DNA of 64,000 nt from positions 1 to 64,000 of the forward strand of contig MU626312.1 of the NCBI GenBank assembly GCA_025603075.1. Reading direction: 5' to 3'. Both the position numbers and the translations under genes were made by a program. This stretch comes from Neoconidiobolus thromboides FSU 785. Taxonomy: Eukaryota; Fungi; Entomophthoromycota. The notes beneath the pieces were generated by a model that made no database searches, had not been told where the DNA came from, and saw nothing but the letters and a program-made list of their open reading frames with translations. Each line of letters opens with the position of its first letter. The stretch's first letter is position 1. Below, piece after piece: positions 25,161 through 37,700 of this stretch.

Positions 25161-27401
25161 TTAATTTTTATGAGATTTTAATAACTTATCAAGTTCATTA
25201 ATCTCCTCAGGAGTTAATTCGATGGACCTATTAGATTCTTTATCAAATTTAAGTGGTACCATCCCAGTTGTACCATCAAATCGATTCTTTTTAACATCAA
25301 TATATCTCAAGTCATTTGGTGCATTTTGTAATATCATTACATTATCAGCTTCTTGTGTAATTTTAGCTGATCCAAAAATAGATCCAACATCTAAAAATTC
25401 TCTATCATCTTTTCTAGGATGAACTACTAATGTTATATGAACATTATATTCTGTTGCAAACTTTCGAAATACACTTAAAGCATCTTCTTGGATTTCATAT
25501 CTTTCAAATCCTTTACCTAATCCTGAAGTCATAAATTGTAAATTATCTATTAATATATGTTGAACATCATGAGCATAAACAGCATGTTCCATAGCATCAA
25601 TTACTTCTTTTACCTTAGTACTACCAAAGAATTTCATAAAATATAATGGAAGCTAATAAACATAATAAGAATAGTTAATATGTAATATTTTAATAATAAA
25701 TTTATAGTAATTACCTGTTGGAATTTTTCCGCCCAATGATTATATTCTTCTACCTCAGTACCAATTGTTTTACCAGCATATTGAAATAGCATTTTTTTAG
25801 CTAGTCTAGTATTAGATATTTCAAAACTACCCCACATAGTTGATACACCAGAAGAACAAAAATCTAAAGATAATTGACTTAAAAAAGTAGTTTTACCCAT
25901 CCCAGTAGGTCCTGAAAAAATAGTTAATTCACCTGGTCTGAAACCTTTAATAATTTGATTTAAAGATGGAAAATTTTTAGTTGGTATGCCTTTAACTTGA
26001 TCTGCATACATAATTTCTAATAATACGGAATCTTTTAATTTTTCAAAATCAACTACTTTAGAATGAGTTATTAATTTGGATTCTTTAATAAATTCTTTTA
26101 AGTTATAACCTTTAGCTAAACAATCATAAGCGGATCTTACTTTTTCTGAATTAGCTGCTTCATTTTTAACTAAATAACATCGATCAAATCCTAATTTACG
26201 TGCAAATAATTGAGCTGCATTTTGACCTTGAACATCCCCATCAAACCATAAATAAATGCGTTTAAATCTTGCTAATAGTGGCATATATTCAATTGGTAAT
26301 TGATAAATATTTTTTGGTAAAGAAACTGAAGGTATATTTGTAGCTTGATAAACTGACATAGCATCTGCTTCTGTTGGAGTCAAACATATTTCTTCACATT
26401 CATTAGATATTAAATGATAGCCAAAAAATCCAGGCTCGGATTTTGTTTTTGGCTCAAAGGTAACAAATTTCTCAGTTGGAAATGTAGAGGCTTTAAATGA
26501 TACAATTTTATATTGATTTTCATTTTCATCACTGGATGATAAACTGGTTCTTGGAAATATAGCACATGGTACCTTTTCTTTTTTGCTCACTTTAGCTGGA
26601 TCATGAGAAGCTTCAAAATTGGAAAATGAAATCCAGTAATCTTTTAATGTCTTTTCATCTAATGGACTATTTTCGCCACATAATATATTATAAATAAATT
26701 TGTTCTCTTCTATATCTTTGTATTCAAATTGTAACAACTCAGGTACTACTAACTGCCCTAAATTGTTTGGTATTGAAGGCGGTTTCTTTAATTTAGTTCT
26801 GTTCTCTTTAGTTAACATTTTAAATTGTTCCCAATTCCCGTGGGTACGACAAGAATAACAAAAGTAATTACCATGGTCTGGTTTTAAAAATGTTTTTGTA
26901 GCTGATATAGAAGAATCATTATGACAGTTGGGGCAAGTAACTAAAAAGTATTTTTCACTATTTTGAACAGATATTTGACCCATGTTTGATAAAAACTCAG
27001 ATATCTGTTTTGTTGTTACTGTATTCGGATTATTACTTGGAAATGAAAAATCTTCTGGTTTATTATTTTGTGGTACTTTGTTAATTGTACTTGATTTTGG
27101 CTTCATATTTTCTTTCTTAGTCCCCTTTGATTTATCTGTTGTCGCATAAAAATCGATAGGCTCAACCTTCTTTATTTCAGGTTTAACTTTTAACTCATTT
27201 AATTGACTTAGGCTACTATGATATCCTTGAAATCGTACATTTATTTCATTATTTGGTACTATTATTAAAATTGATGATTTAATATATAATATAATTTATT
27301 AAGTTGTAATTACCTGACTTAATAGCACTAAAGTTATTGTTATTATTAATTCTTTTTATTACTTTATCTAGTTTTATTGGTATTTTATTTAATTTATACA
27401 T
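25161..27401 (-). CDS. TWNK: Twinkle mitochondrial primase-helicase (T7 gp4-like)
   Basis: SF4 helicase motifs SGPTGMGKTT, WGSFEI, ILIDNLQFM, VVHPRK, GSAKITQEADN and KKNRFDG. The N-terminal part has a CxxC...CxxC zinc finger and a TOPRIM-like region. A basic N-terminal extension starts at ATG 27401. Confidence 0.93.
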
Positions 27402-27752
27402 TCGATTAAATTACAAAGAATACTTCTATCTTATTTTCGATCCAAATCATAAATATGCACAGTTTCAATGTAATTTACTTTAAAAGTATTCAATTTACTC
27501 AATTGAATAAACTAGTGAAATAATAATTGAAGATTGATAACAATAATAGTAATAATAACAAGCATTATAAAATACATAAAGATCAAGATTAGCATCATAT
27601 ACTAACTAACTTGAATATGTTGGCACTCAATATCACACTAGCAGCTCACGTTCTTCAAAAACTTACCCAATCTGCATTTCAACCAATAAAGCTAAAGGAT
27701 TTTAAACTAAACTAAACTAAACCAATTCAAAGTTTTCTTATTTATCTTTAAG

Positions 27753-28230
27753 ATGTCACGTATCGTATCGAGTCAAGCTAGTAAAGTATTTCAACAACTT
27801 ATACAAGAATTGAAGTTACAAGTAATCTATTATATTAACTAAAAAACTAAGATTGAAAGTAACCTATTTAGACTGCAACTTATAAACATCCAATTATTAC
27901 CAATTATTTTCAATCAAAATTTGAACCATTATCTATTGAAAAAGAGAGTGAATTATCGACTTCAGATGTTAAATTATATAAAGAAGCTGACGAAATTAGT
28001 GTCTTTTTAGAACATCGTCGTAAACATAAAGTAAGTATTTTCATCCTTCGTATATTATTATTTTTGATTCTAAAATTAAAATTAATCATTTTTAGCACTT
28101 AATTGATCTTTATGCCCCAGTAGTAGGTGAAGAAGAAAGAGTAACTGCTTCAGCTAAAAGAGTTGGTTTACAATTACCAAAAATGTTTGATGGTTTGGAT
28201 ATAGATACTGGCGATGTTAAAAAAGAATAG
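27753..28230 (+). CDS. FMC1: Mitochondrial ATP synthase assembly factor FMC1-like
   Basis: Three exons give MSRIVSSQASKVFQQLIQEL...FLEHRRKHKHLIDLYAP..EEERVTASAKRVGLQLPK, matching the C-terminal ERI..TA.RVGL.LP signature. Missed by the ORF track. Confidence 0.82.
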
Positions 28231-28539
28231 AGTTAGAAAGGGAGCTAAATGAAGAATAATAAATTTTAGTTGAATTAAACGGTTTAAAAGGCTTTATTTT
28301 AGTAAAAGGTGTTTTTAATAATAATATATAAATGAATCAATTGTTTTCATCGATATTCATCGAATTTTTATAATCTTTTTTAATCAAACTTTTATTTTTA
28401 TTATTATTGAAACATACTTAGACAACTATATAAACTATTAAACTTTTCTGATACCTTTATTTCACATAAAATCTTCTCTTCAAGCTAAAAAAACAACTAT
28501 AATTCCTATGATTTTTATTTCATGTTTTCGGTTTTGATC

Positions 28540-30534
28540 TCACAATAGATCTTCAATCTCATCCATAAACTTAGCATAATCATCTTTCTTTTCTTCATTT
28601 GCTTTTTCTACACTCACCACTTCAGGCTGCTCTTTAGCAACTGTTTTAGGTGGAGGTGGGGCTAAAAACGATTTAACAGGGGGTGGCTTAAAAGCCATTG
28701 GCTTGATCAACGGTACTGGTTTAACACTTTTAACGCTAGGACCATCTAAATTTGGAGCCGCGTTAATAGAAGGCTTAAATAATTTAATGCCTTGAGAATG
28801 AACTGGATTAGGTTTAGTGGTTATATTTGGTAAAGTAAATGATATTTCTTGTTTAGTCAAATTATTGATTTGTTCTTTTTCTGTTATATTTTCTTTTGGT
28901 TCCACTTTCATTTTCTTTCTTAAGGTTAAAGGTACAAACGTTGTTAGCTCTTTTTGTAAATCTCGTAATTTGGGCTCAGCACTTATCACTATCGGCGCTG
29001 GTGGTTGTTCACTTCCTTCTTCTGATTGATTTAATTTATTATTTGGTATTTCTTTTAATTCTCGTTTATTATTATTATTTATGCTATTATTTTGTGGGTT
29101 TGTTACGTTAGTATTGGATTGTCCTGAATCTAAAATTAAATTAGTATGGTTTAAAGTTAATAAATAAAAGTTACTTGTTTGCCCCCTATTATAAAATTGC
29201 GGAGGCTGATAGAAACTTGAATTAGGAGCAGGAGGTGGATTTCTAGATGGGATATTATTTTGATGAAAGGAATGTATGGGATGTCCTATTGGTCCATAAT
29301 AACCATTATATCCCACTGGACCTGATCCATGTATAGGAAATGGTAATGATGGTGGGATCCTAATTGCTTTACTGACGGGCTTCTTAGGAGCTTCAGTTTT
29401 CTTTTGATCCTTTTTACTATCAACGGGTTCTGCTTTTTTATCATTTGAATCAACTTTTTCGGTTTCTTTTGATATATTGCTTGATTTAATAATTTTTAAT
29501 TTAAAAGGCTCTCTTATCTTAGCATAACTTGGTGGAGGCCCTTTTGGGAGTAACGGTAAGTAATCTATGTTTGGGATTTTATTAATAGCGAATGGTGGAA
29601 CTTCTCCAAGAGATTTGGGAACAATCTCTTCATCAATTGTTTTACTTTCAATTTTATTGCTTTTTAGCTTTTCGTTATTAACACCATCTTTATCGTTTTT
29701 TTGCGTTTGAATAATAATATTTTTATCTATTTCTTCTTCTTGAGAATCTTCATCTGAAGTTACATCTAAATCGAAATCCTCATCATCTTCATCTTTAATA
29801 AATGATTAAATTAATGTAATTTATAAATAATTCATTACTTTGTTCAGATTTCTCTTTTTCTTCTTGATTTTCATTAATTTCAATTGATTCCAGTGGCATA
29901 TCTGTAAACATTATTTAATGGTTTTTTTTTACAATAATACAAATTAAAATAAACTCACCAATTTCCCGATAAGGCATACCTGGAGGAGGTACACCAAGAG
30001 GATTTAAAGTAGGATGATAATAAAATGAGCGGCGAGGGTCTTTTGGTATTTTAACTTCAACATCTGGAACAGTTGGGCCTGAAATTTTTGTGGGTTTATT
30101 ATTTTTTTTAAACTCTTCAATCTTTGATTTTCCAGCTATCAATCGAGCCAGCTTGGACTTTCCAATCGCATCCAGTTGTCCATTTTCATCTTTTTAAATA
30201 GTTAATAACTCATTCTATAATTATGGTCATGAGTAATTACCCAAAAATTGATACTTTTCTATTTCGGCTGCTACACTCCTTGGGTCCCTTTTTAACAATG
30301 CCTCATCTCTCGTCTTTTTACGCTCTTCTTTGTTCTATTTTTTTAGATTAATTTTTGTTAGATTATTACGCTTCAAACTACCTTTTTAACTTCCCTTTTA
30401 CGCTGTGCTTTTCCTATAATAGTTAATTAACCTTTGTTTCCTTTATTTCCTTATGAATATTATTTTTTAGTAGCAGTAACAATTTACTTACTGTGTGCTT
30501 CCGCTGGGTTCACAGCTCTTTCTTTTTTTGCCAT
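28540..30534 (-). CDS. WBP11: WW-domain-binding protein 11 (splicing factor)
   Basis: N-terminus MAKKKRAVNPAEAHRKAQRKRELKKNKEER, a YYHPTLNPLGVPPPG motif, ISAEPKLRDLQKE..FVPLTLR and a terminal DDYAKFMDEIEDLL. Confidence 0.85.
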
Positions 30535-31034
30535 CTTTTTTGAATTTTTTATAAAACTAAAAATTGAAAATGATGAAACAGAAATTTAAGTTGTTAAAAA
30601 CATGTCAATATTTAAGAGTTATAGCTGTTTAAGTTCATTCTGCTGTGTAGTGATAAATTTATATTAGTGTAGCAATTTAAAGATTGATAGTTGAGGATTT
30701 ATTCTCAAATGAACAGTTAAATAGTACCTATTTAAATTTAGGCAGCTATATTTTAATTCTATAAATAGTAGTAACTCACTATGTTATTAAAATTTATTAA
30801 AGCTATATTCAATAGTAGTGTAATTTTATAGCACTATAGTTGATCATAAAAACACATATTTATAAAGTAAAAAAATAATTTTATTAAAATGAGAAGGTTA
30901 AATAGAAACCAGAGAGCAGTAAAACAGAAAACTAATACTTTATACCCTACATTATTAACTTACAGTAATAAATAAACTTAAACTAATAGTGAGATCAAAA
31001 ATCTTTCAACTTAAATCAGTCCTTGAACTATTAT

Positions 31035-32318
31035 TTAAACCTTTGCATCTGCTGCAAAATGGGCAGCTAAAGACTTGATAGCATCAATAGCTCCCAAAAT
31101 ACATCCTATCAATCCTACAACGATAACAATGAACATCCAGATGTATTCATACCATTTTCTATCGCGCCATCCGTACAATTTCAAATGACAGATAACTGGA
31201 ATAACGAATACAATCATGCAATTAGCTAAGGCACCAACCAAAGACATAAAATCACCGAAGTAAGGTACATAAACAGCAATTACAGTTAAGATGCCTGTAA
31301 TCAATACTCTTAATGAGAAACGAATCACAAACTCCTTAATTGGTCCCATATGATCACGATTGATATTAAAAGAGTTTTCCATTTCTAATGAAAATCCACA
31401 TAAAAGGATAGGAGCGGCTGCAATGACATGGAAAGTGATGAAAGCGGTGGCTACTACATTGGCAACACCTTGAGGGATCGAGTTTAAAACAGGAGATTCT
31501 ACCATTCTTCCATAAACATAATAACCAACTACACTAATAATAATATAAAATACAGAAACTGTAACCATAGAGGAAAACAACATCTTGCGCCATGCTTTTG
31601 GATTTTTCATACTGGCTTCTACATGAGGATAAACAACATTACCGCCATAAGAAAAGGAAATTGTTGCTAAAGCAATAGGTATACCTTCCCATAAAACATT
31701 GTCATGCTTAGCATCTGTTTGGTTTGGAATATCAATGACTCCAGTAACAACGGTTACTACAATTACAACTAAAGTGGCCAAAGCGCCAAATACAGATAAG
31801 AAGGATACTTCACGCATATTCTTAAAGAGGGAATAAGGAATTAGAACAAGTACACCACCTACTAAAGTCATCAATTTCATATCAAGAGCAATATCATAAG
31901 TAGCAAACATTCTGGTTAAATTAAGACCAGTCAATAAAATAAATAAACAAGAAGCACCTAACATGATAGCATAATGGAAAAATTGAACAAAGACACGACC
32001 GACTTTACCAAATGCTTCTTCACCAACATCAGGGTAACTCGATAAACGTTTACCAGGCTTATAATAAAGACACTCGATCAATAAGTTACCAGTATACCAA
32101 GCAATAGCAGCTGATAAAACAATAAAAATAAGGGAAACCCAACCGCCCACAGCTAAAGTGTTTGGTAATCCTAAGGTACCAGTACCAGCAATGATACACA
32201 CTACATTGAAAAAGGCACCAAAGGTAGATCCTGTCCTACCAAAATCATGTGCATCTCCACCTTCTACAGGCTCACCTATTTCATTACGGAAATCTTCTAC
32301 TTTTTTTTCAGTAGCCAT
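31035..32318 (-). CDS. Amino acid transporter, Aa_trans/AVT (AAAP) family
   Basis: Intronless 427 aa with about 11 TM segments and motifs FNVVCIIAGTGTLGLP, SSYPDVGEEAFG and FSYGGNVVYPHVEASMKNP. Confidence 0.92.
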   Translation of the reverse strand: MATEKKVEDFRNEIGEPVEGGDAHDFGRTGSTFGAFFNVVCIIAGTGTLGLPNTLAVGGWVSLIFIVLSAAIAWYTGNLLIECLYYKPGKRLSSYPDVGEEAFGKVGRVFVQFFHYAIMLGASCLFILLTGLNLTRMFATYDIALDMKLMTLVGGVLVLIPYSLFKNMREVSFLSVFGALATLVVIVVTVVTGVIDIPNQTDAKHDNVLWEGIPIALATISFSYGGNVVYPHVEASMKNPKAWRKMLFSSMVTVSVFYIIISVVGYYVYGRMVESPVLNSIPQGVANVVATAFITFHVIAAAPILLCGFSLEMENSFNINRDHMGPIKEFVIRFSLRVLITGILTVIAVYVPYFGDFMSLVGALANCMIVFVIPVICHLKLYGWRDRKWYEYIWMFIVIVVGLIGCILGAIDAIKSLAAHFAADAKV

Positions 32319-34128
32319 TATTAAATTTTAATACAAAATTGGGGTTTTAAATTAATTTGGTCACAGGTTAAGGGTATTAAAGGGTGTCAAGGGACTGTTA
32401 ATTGAATCAAAAAATAAAAAAGAGGAAAGTCAAATAGAAGTTATTTATACTTATTATGAGGTAATGACCTTGAGAAAAGTAAAATAAAACTCGTAAAGAA
32501 ATCAAGTTTGAATAAATAATCTCGCTCAATCTTGACTGCATCTATTTATAATCCTCTTTTTTGATGTATCATTTTTAATAATATCAGAAATCTATTTTCC
32601 ACTTTCATTGTTAAGATGAGTCTTATTGGGTGATAGTCGAGAATAACAAATAAAAAGGAAAATTGTATTTTTTAGACTAAATATGTAACTTGAGTGTTTA
32701 TTTAAAAGGCAATTTCGAGTGATAAAGTAGCATGACTCACTTAACAACTTTATTAAATTCGAGCATATTTACTAATTTAATTAAACTTATTATTTCCCAG
32801 GATCATACGAGTGTCAAATCTCCAAACAATATTAAGGTAAAGAATACTTCTCTTCTTAATCCATATTATGCAATATGGAATACTTATGTTTATTTACCAT
32901 AAAGGATACCAAACAGATATGAAAATGTATTAGAGTACATGACTCTTAACATTTTAAGTATATTCGTATTGATTTTTAGGTCACTCATTAGCCACCATCA
33001 GCTGATAAGTCATAGTATGCCACCACCCTTTTTTACTGGTTTAATTTTAAGCTAAAATAAAGCCAATGAAAGTTGATTATCTCAAAATATAAAATTTCGA
33101 TAATGATAAGATTGGAATTAAGTCAAGTAGAATAATAAAAATGTATTAATAATAACAATAAAATGAGCTTTTCGGTATTTTCAATCTTCTTCATATTAGA
33201 ATTCTTATCTTAAAATACTTTAAAGATTTATGTTATATGTTATAACAGGTCACTCAAATAACTTTAAAAATATAGTTACTTTTTGTATATTTTTTGTTTT
33301 GTAAATTTCATTGTTAAAAAGGTTCTCGACATATTAGGCACTTTGCTTTAATTTTTAGGCAACACTTAAGCACTTAAAACCTTAGTTGACGTTTTTATTA
33401 TGAACTCAAAGCAGTTGGGAAATTATCCTTTTTAAAAATAGGATCTATAAATTGCATACAAATAATGTTTCATGAGTTTATTTTTAATTTTTATTCAAAG
33501 GAAATTTAAAGTAACATAAAATATTTATATTTTATTCTGTTAAAAAATTATTGGAAATATTTTAATAAACTTATTTAAAATAGCTATCACTTAATTAATC
33601 ATATAATTATATATTATATCAATATATTTTAAAAATAATGATTTTATATAAATTAAAAATACAAAAACACTTGTTATAACATTAGAAATTTATAATATAT
33701 TTATTACTAACTATTGATTTGTTGTGATAAGATAAGGAGAAACAAACAATGGTCTTTAGTTTTATAAAAATTCAGATATTTTAAATCTTATTATAACTGG
33801 TTCTCAATTTATCATTATGTGTAAAACTCTATGAAACTTAACTAGGTTTGATATGTATGTAACTCAAAAGTTCATAATGTAAAGAGTTTGTAGGCGTGGC
33901 ATATGAAAATCAATATTCATTGGATGGATAATAAATAAAAGATATACCAAGCTTTGTATTAATTGAATTATGCACCTCCAAGGTACAACCAAAAAATTGG
34001 CTATCCCTGAAAAAGTATAATTAGTAAACAAAACAATGCTTTAAGAACACAAAGTAACTCAGCTTTATTCATCTTTAAAGTTTTGATTAGATCTCAAAGA
34101 TGAATAGTCTAGTTTAATAGAACTTATC

Positions 34129-34326
34129 ATATGGAGGTGTTTTTTTTTAACTTTTACTTTTTCCATATGGGGATGTATTTTTGTGTTTAAGAGCTTTACT
34201 AATAATTTTTCCACTCAATTAGCACTTAAAGGATGGAAAAAGTAATGAAGCCAAAAAAAACATCCCCATATCTTTTATTTAGAATCCATGCAACCGACTT
34301 GGCTAAAAAAACTTCACATCCCATAC
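34129..34326. mobile_element. Related MITE-like element interrupted by the 34165-34271 copy
   Basis: Left end ATATGGAGGTGTTTTTTTTT and right end AAAAAAACTTCACATCCCATAC resemble the family TIRs and flank the inner copy. Confidence 0.5.
34165..34271. mobile_element. MITE-like element, best-preserved copy
   Basis: ATATGGGGATGTATTTTT...AAAAAAAACATCCCCATAT: terminal inverted repeats around a non-coding AT-rich core that is highly similar to the other copies. Confidence 0.8.
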
Positions 34327-34797
34327 CTACAACCCTTTCACTTAGAGAGCTTTTTAGCTTCCTGTACTGTAATTTAATATAATAAATAAAAATAAGTAAT
34401 TAAAATCTAAATTCTATATCAGTACGAAAAAGCTACGGTTGATTCATATTACAAAATATTTTTATATAAATGCTTAAACTTATTATTATCATTAGTATTA
34501 AATGTATTTACTTAAACTTATCATAAAAGAATAGTAATTTGAATTTAAATAATAAACAAACTTGTATTCATAAGATAGTGATTTGCAATTTATGAATAAA
34601 ATAAATTAATTGCATTTAAATTATTGCTTTAAATATTTTTATTTGAGTAACTAAATTTAATAAATTAATATTGATAATTTTATTTTATTCAATATCAAGC
34701 TATTATGTTGCTTGTTAAAACATTTTTTACAAAATAAAATTATTACAAAAAACTTCATAAAAAACTTCATAAATTAAATTATAGGAATATTTTGTTA

Positions 34798-37700
34798 TTA
34801 AGAATCCAAAAGGAAATTAGTGGCAAGATCAAGATCATTATCATATTTCGCTAAAGCTTCATTAGCTTGTTCAATAGTGAATCCCATTTGCATTAATTCA
34901 GTAACTTTAGAGTCATCAACTTTAAGAGATTCAATAATACCATTAGGTGTTCCAAAACCAGGCTGTGTTTCACTATCCCTTACTTCTGTATCTTGTATTT
35001 CACTATCCCCTACTTCAGTATTTTGTGTTTCTTTATCCTTAACTTGAGTATTTTGCGCTTCATTGCCTTTTACTTCATCCTTTTTTACTTCACTGTTTTG
35101 TTTTTCCATATTTTGTGACTGATCATTGTGTGTTTCATCTCCCTTTTCACTAATAGGTAGGCTTGTGGTTATGATGTCATTTTTCAAATGACTCATATTT
35201 TCATGTGCATCATAATAAACATTAGTAGACTCGGTACGTGATATTGGATTGTTTAGATGACTTGAAGTTGAAGGCATGTGTGCACTGGAAAACGAGTCTT
35301 CGAAGCTATCACCAAATGGATTTGATTTTGGTGAATACTCTTGTGGCAATGGAAAATTACTAATAACACTTGTTTCTCTTTCTGCTATCATAGCGAAGGG
35401 ATCACTATCATCTAACTGAGTAGATAAGAAGCTTGTATCATTATTAGGATCAGGAGTTTGAGCTTCAAAATCAAATTTTTCTGTAATAAATGTTAAGTTT
35501 TCTTTAGTCGGTATCACTTCATCAAAGATTGGTGATTCTAATTGATCAAACAAACCTTGTGGGAAATTATAATTTAAACTTGCCTTTTGAATTCTTTTTT
35601 CTTCAACATCCTCATTATCAATTGATATTACATGAAGGTCATTCATATGTTTATTAAAAAAGGCCAACAATGTCTTTTCATCATTAATGTTTTCTAAATC
35701 AAAATTAATGTGTGATTTATAATTACTAGTTTCAGGTACAGCTATTAATTCATTAATGGATTTTTGAGATGGTGACATATTAGAATTAGGGAGCTCTGTA
35801 ATAGATATCGGTGATAATGGTGGTGATGTAGCTGAAACAACTTCAAATGGTGAAAAAGAAGTCTGAGTTTTACTAGCTGAAGGTGGAGGTGAGAGAGGAG
35901 GGAGGGGGTTATTTTGAGTATGATTTCCTAGTAAAGATTCTGGTTTGGGAGATGTAATTTGATCATCTTTAGAGTTTTCTTTTAGTACCATTTTTACAGT
36001 ATCTTTTTTTATTTCCGATTTAGCTATATCTCTAGAAGAAACAAGATCATCAAATGAAAATGTAGGCTCTAAACTTTGGTTAATATCAACAATATTGTTA
36101 TCCGCAAAAGGATCGTCTTCAGTAAATGAAGTTTCCCCAATGTCCTTTTTTACTTTAGTTGAATCATTTGCCTCTTCTTCTGGCTTTACAGTATTTTTGT
36201 TGTTATCTACTAATGCTAAGAAAGGATCATTCTCCTCTACATTTAAAGACTCTACTTTTTTTACTTGAACTTCTTGACCTTTATTTTCTTCAACTAATGA
36301 CATAAAAGGATCCTCTTCTTCTAAAGCCACTGGATGTTCTGTGATTTCCTTAGCCTTAGTGTCTTCAACTAATGACATAAATGGATCGTTTATATCTCTA
36401 GTATTATTCTCTACTTTTTTACTTTCATTTTCAACAAGAGCAGTGAATGGATCAATTTCATCATTAGCTTCATTTTGTACTTTTGTAGTTTCTGCTATTT
36501 TATTATTTTCTTCAACTTTTTTTTGAGTTTCTAAAATTAACCCTTGTAAATAATGAAGATATTCCTTAGCCATCTTTGATTTCGCCAAGCTTTCTTGAAT
36601 CTTTAGGCTCTCCTCTTCGATCTCTTTTTGTTTATTAAGGCACTGATTTTGTATTTGAGCTAGCTCTTCCTTTTCATTTATAAGTTTAGGTTCTAGATCT
36701 TGAATTTTATTTTGTAAATCCAGCATTTGAGCTTGGGTTAATTGTGTTGAAGTATCAATTTCATTAATTTTTAAAGTGAGTTGTCTTTTCTGTTCTTCTA
36801 AAAACTCAGATTGAGATTCAAGTTTTGCTTTACGTGGACGATGTGAATTGATACTTTCAATTGCGTCTTCGATTTCATTCTTAATTGGATCAATCTCTGC
36901 TTTAAGCTTATCCATATTAACTTTGTTCATGTTGAAACTACTCTCGAATGGTATAGCAGTGTTATAGCTACTAAGTGATGGGGCATTACTTGTATCAAAA
37001 GATAACAGGTCAGATTCATTTATATCTGAAAAAGAAGGCATAGATTTTGATTCAAGGAATGGATCTTAAAAATAGATTTAGATTTGTTCATAATATAATA
37101 AATTAAAATAAAACACCTTGCTTTTTTTGAGGCTCGTTTATCAAAAGATCAAACTCATGTGAACCTGGTAATGATGTTGTAGCTTTTTATATATTAAAAT
37201 GGTAAGTAAATAAGAATGTATTGTGTACCTTTAGAAAAAGAATTAGAATCTCTCATACCAGGAGGAATAAGTGATTTGGGTAACTTCAAAGGGATATCAT
37301 TCCCATTTAGACGATCATAAATTAAATGCATAGCAACTGCAAACTCATCCCTACTTAAACTACCTCTGCTTTTAATATCTGCTAATTCCCTAATAAATGA
37401 TAAATTTAGTTATAAAATTACAAAATAAACTTACCAGATCTCGGCTAAATCGCTATTTGATAGTTTTGATCTAATAAATATTTGATATGCTTCTTGACTG
37501 GACATTCTGGAGAGTGGATTTGAGACAACATTATCAAAGAAAGAGTAGTATTTATTGAGGTCTTGTTTAGATATGTCCCATGTCATATCATTTTTTTCAT
37601 TATAAATAGATGAACTGAATGGTGCATTAGTTGTAGTAGCATAAGGATTCGTTTGAGCTGTAGAAAACTGATTATTAAATGGAGATGTTAATGAAGTTGA

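Larger units (their letters stand above)
33004..34522. promoter_or_regulatory. Cluster of GATAAG/CTTATC sites upstream of the amino acid transporter
   Basis: Hexamers at 33004, 33105, 33204, 33726, 33731, 34123 and 34517. Function is inferred only. Confidence 0.35.

Noticed and set aside
27614-27712. ~32-codon ORF (MLALNITLAAHVLQKL...) upstream of FMC1
   Set aside because: Short, no recognisable motif, not spliceable into FMC1; at most a uORF and unsupported.
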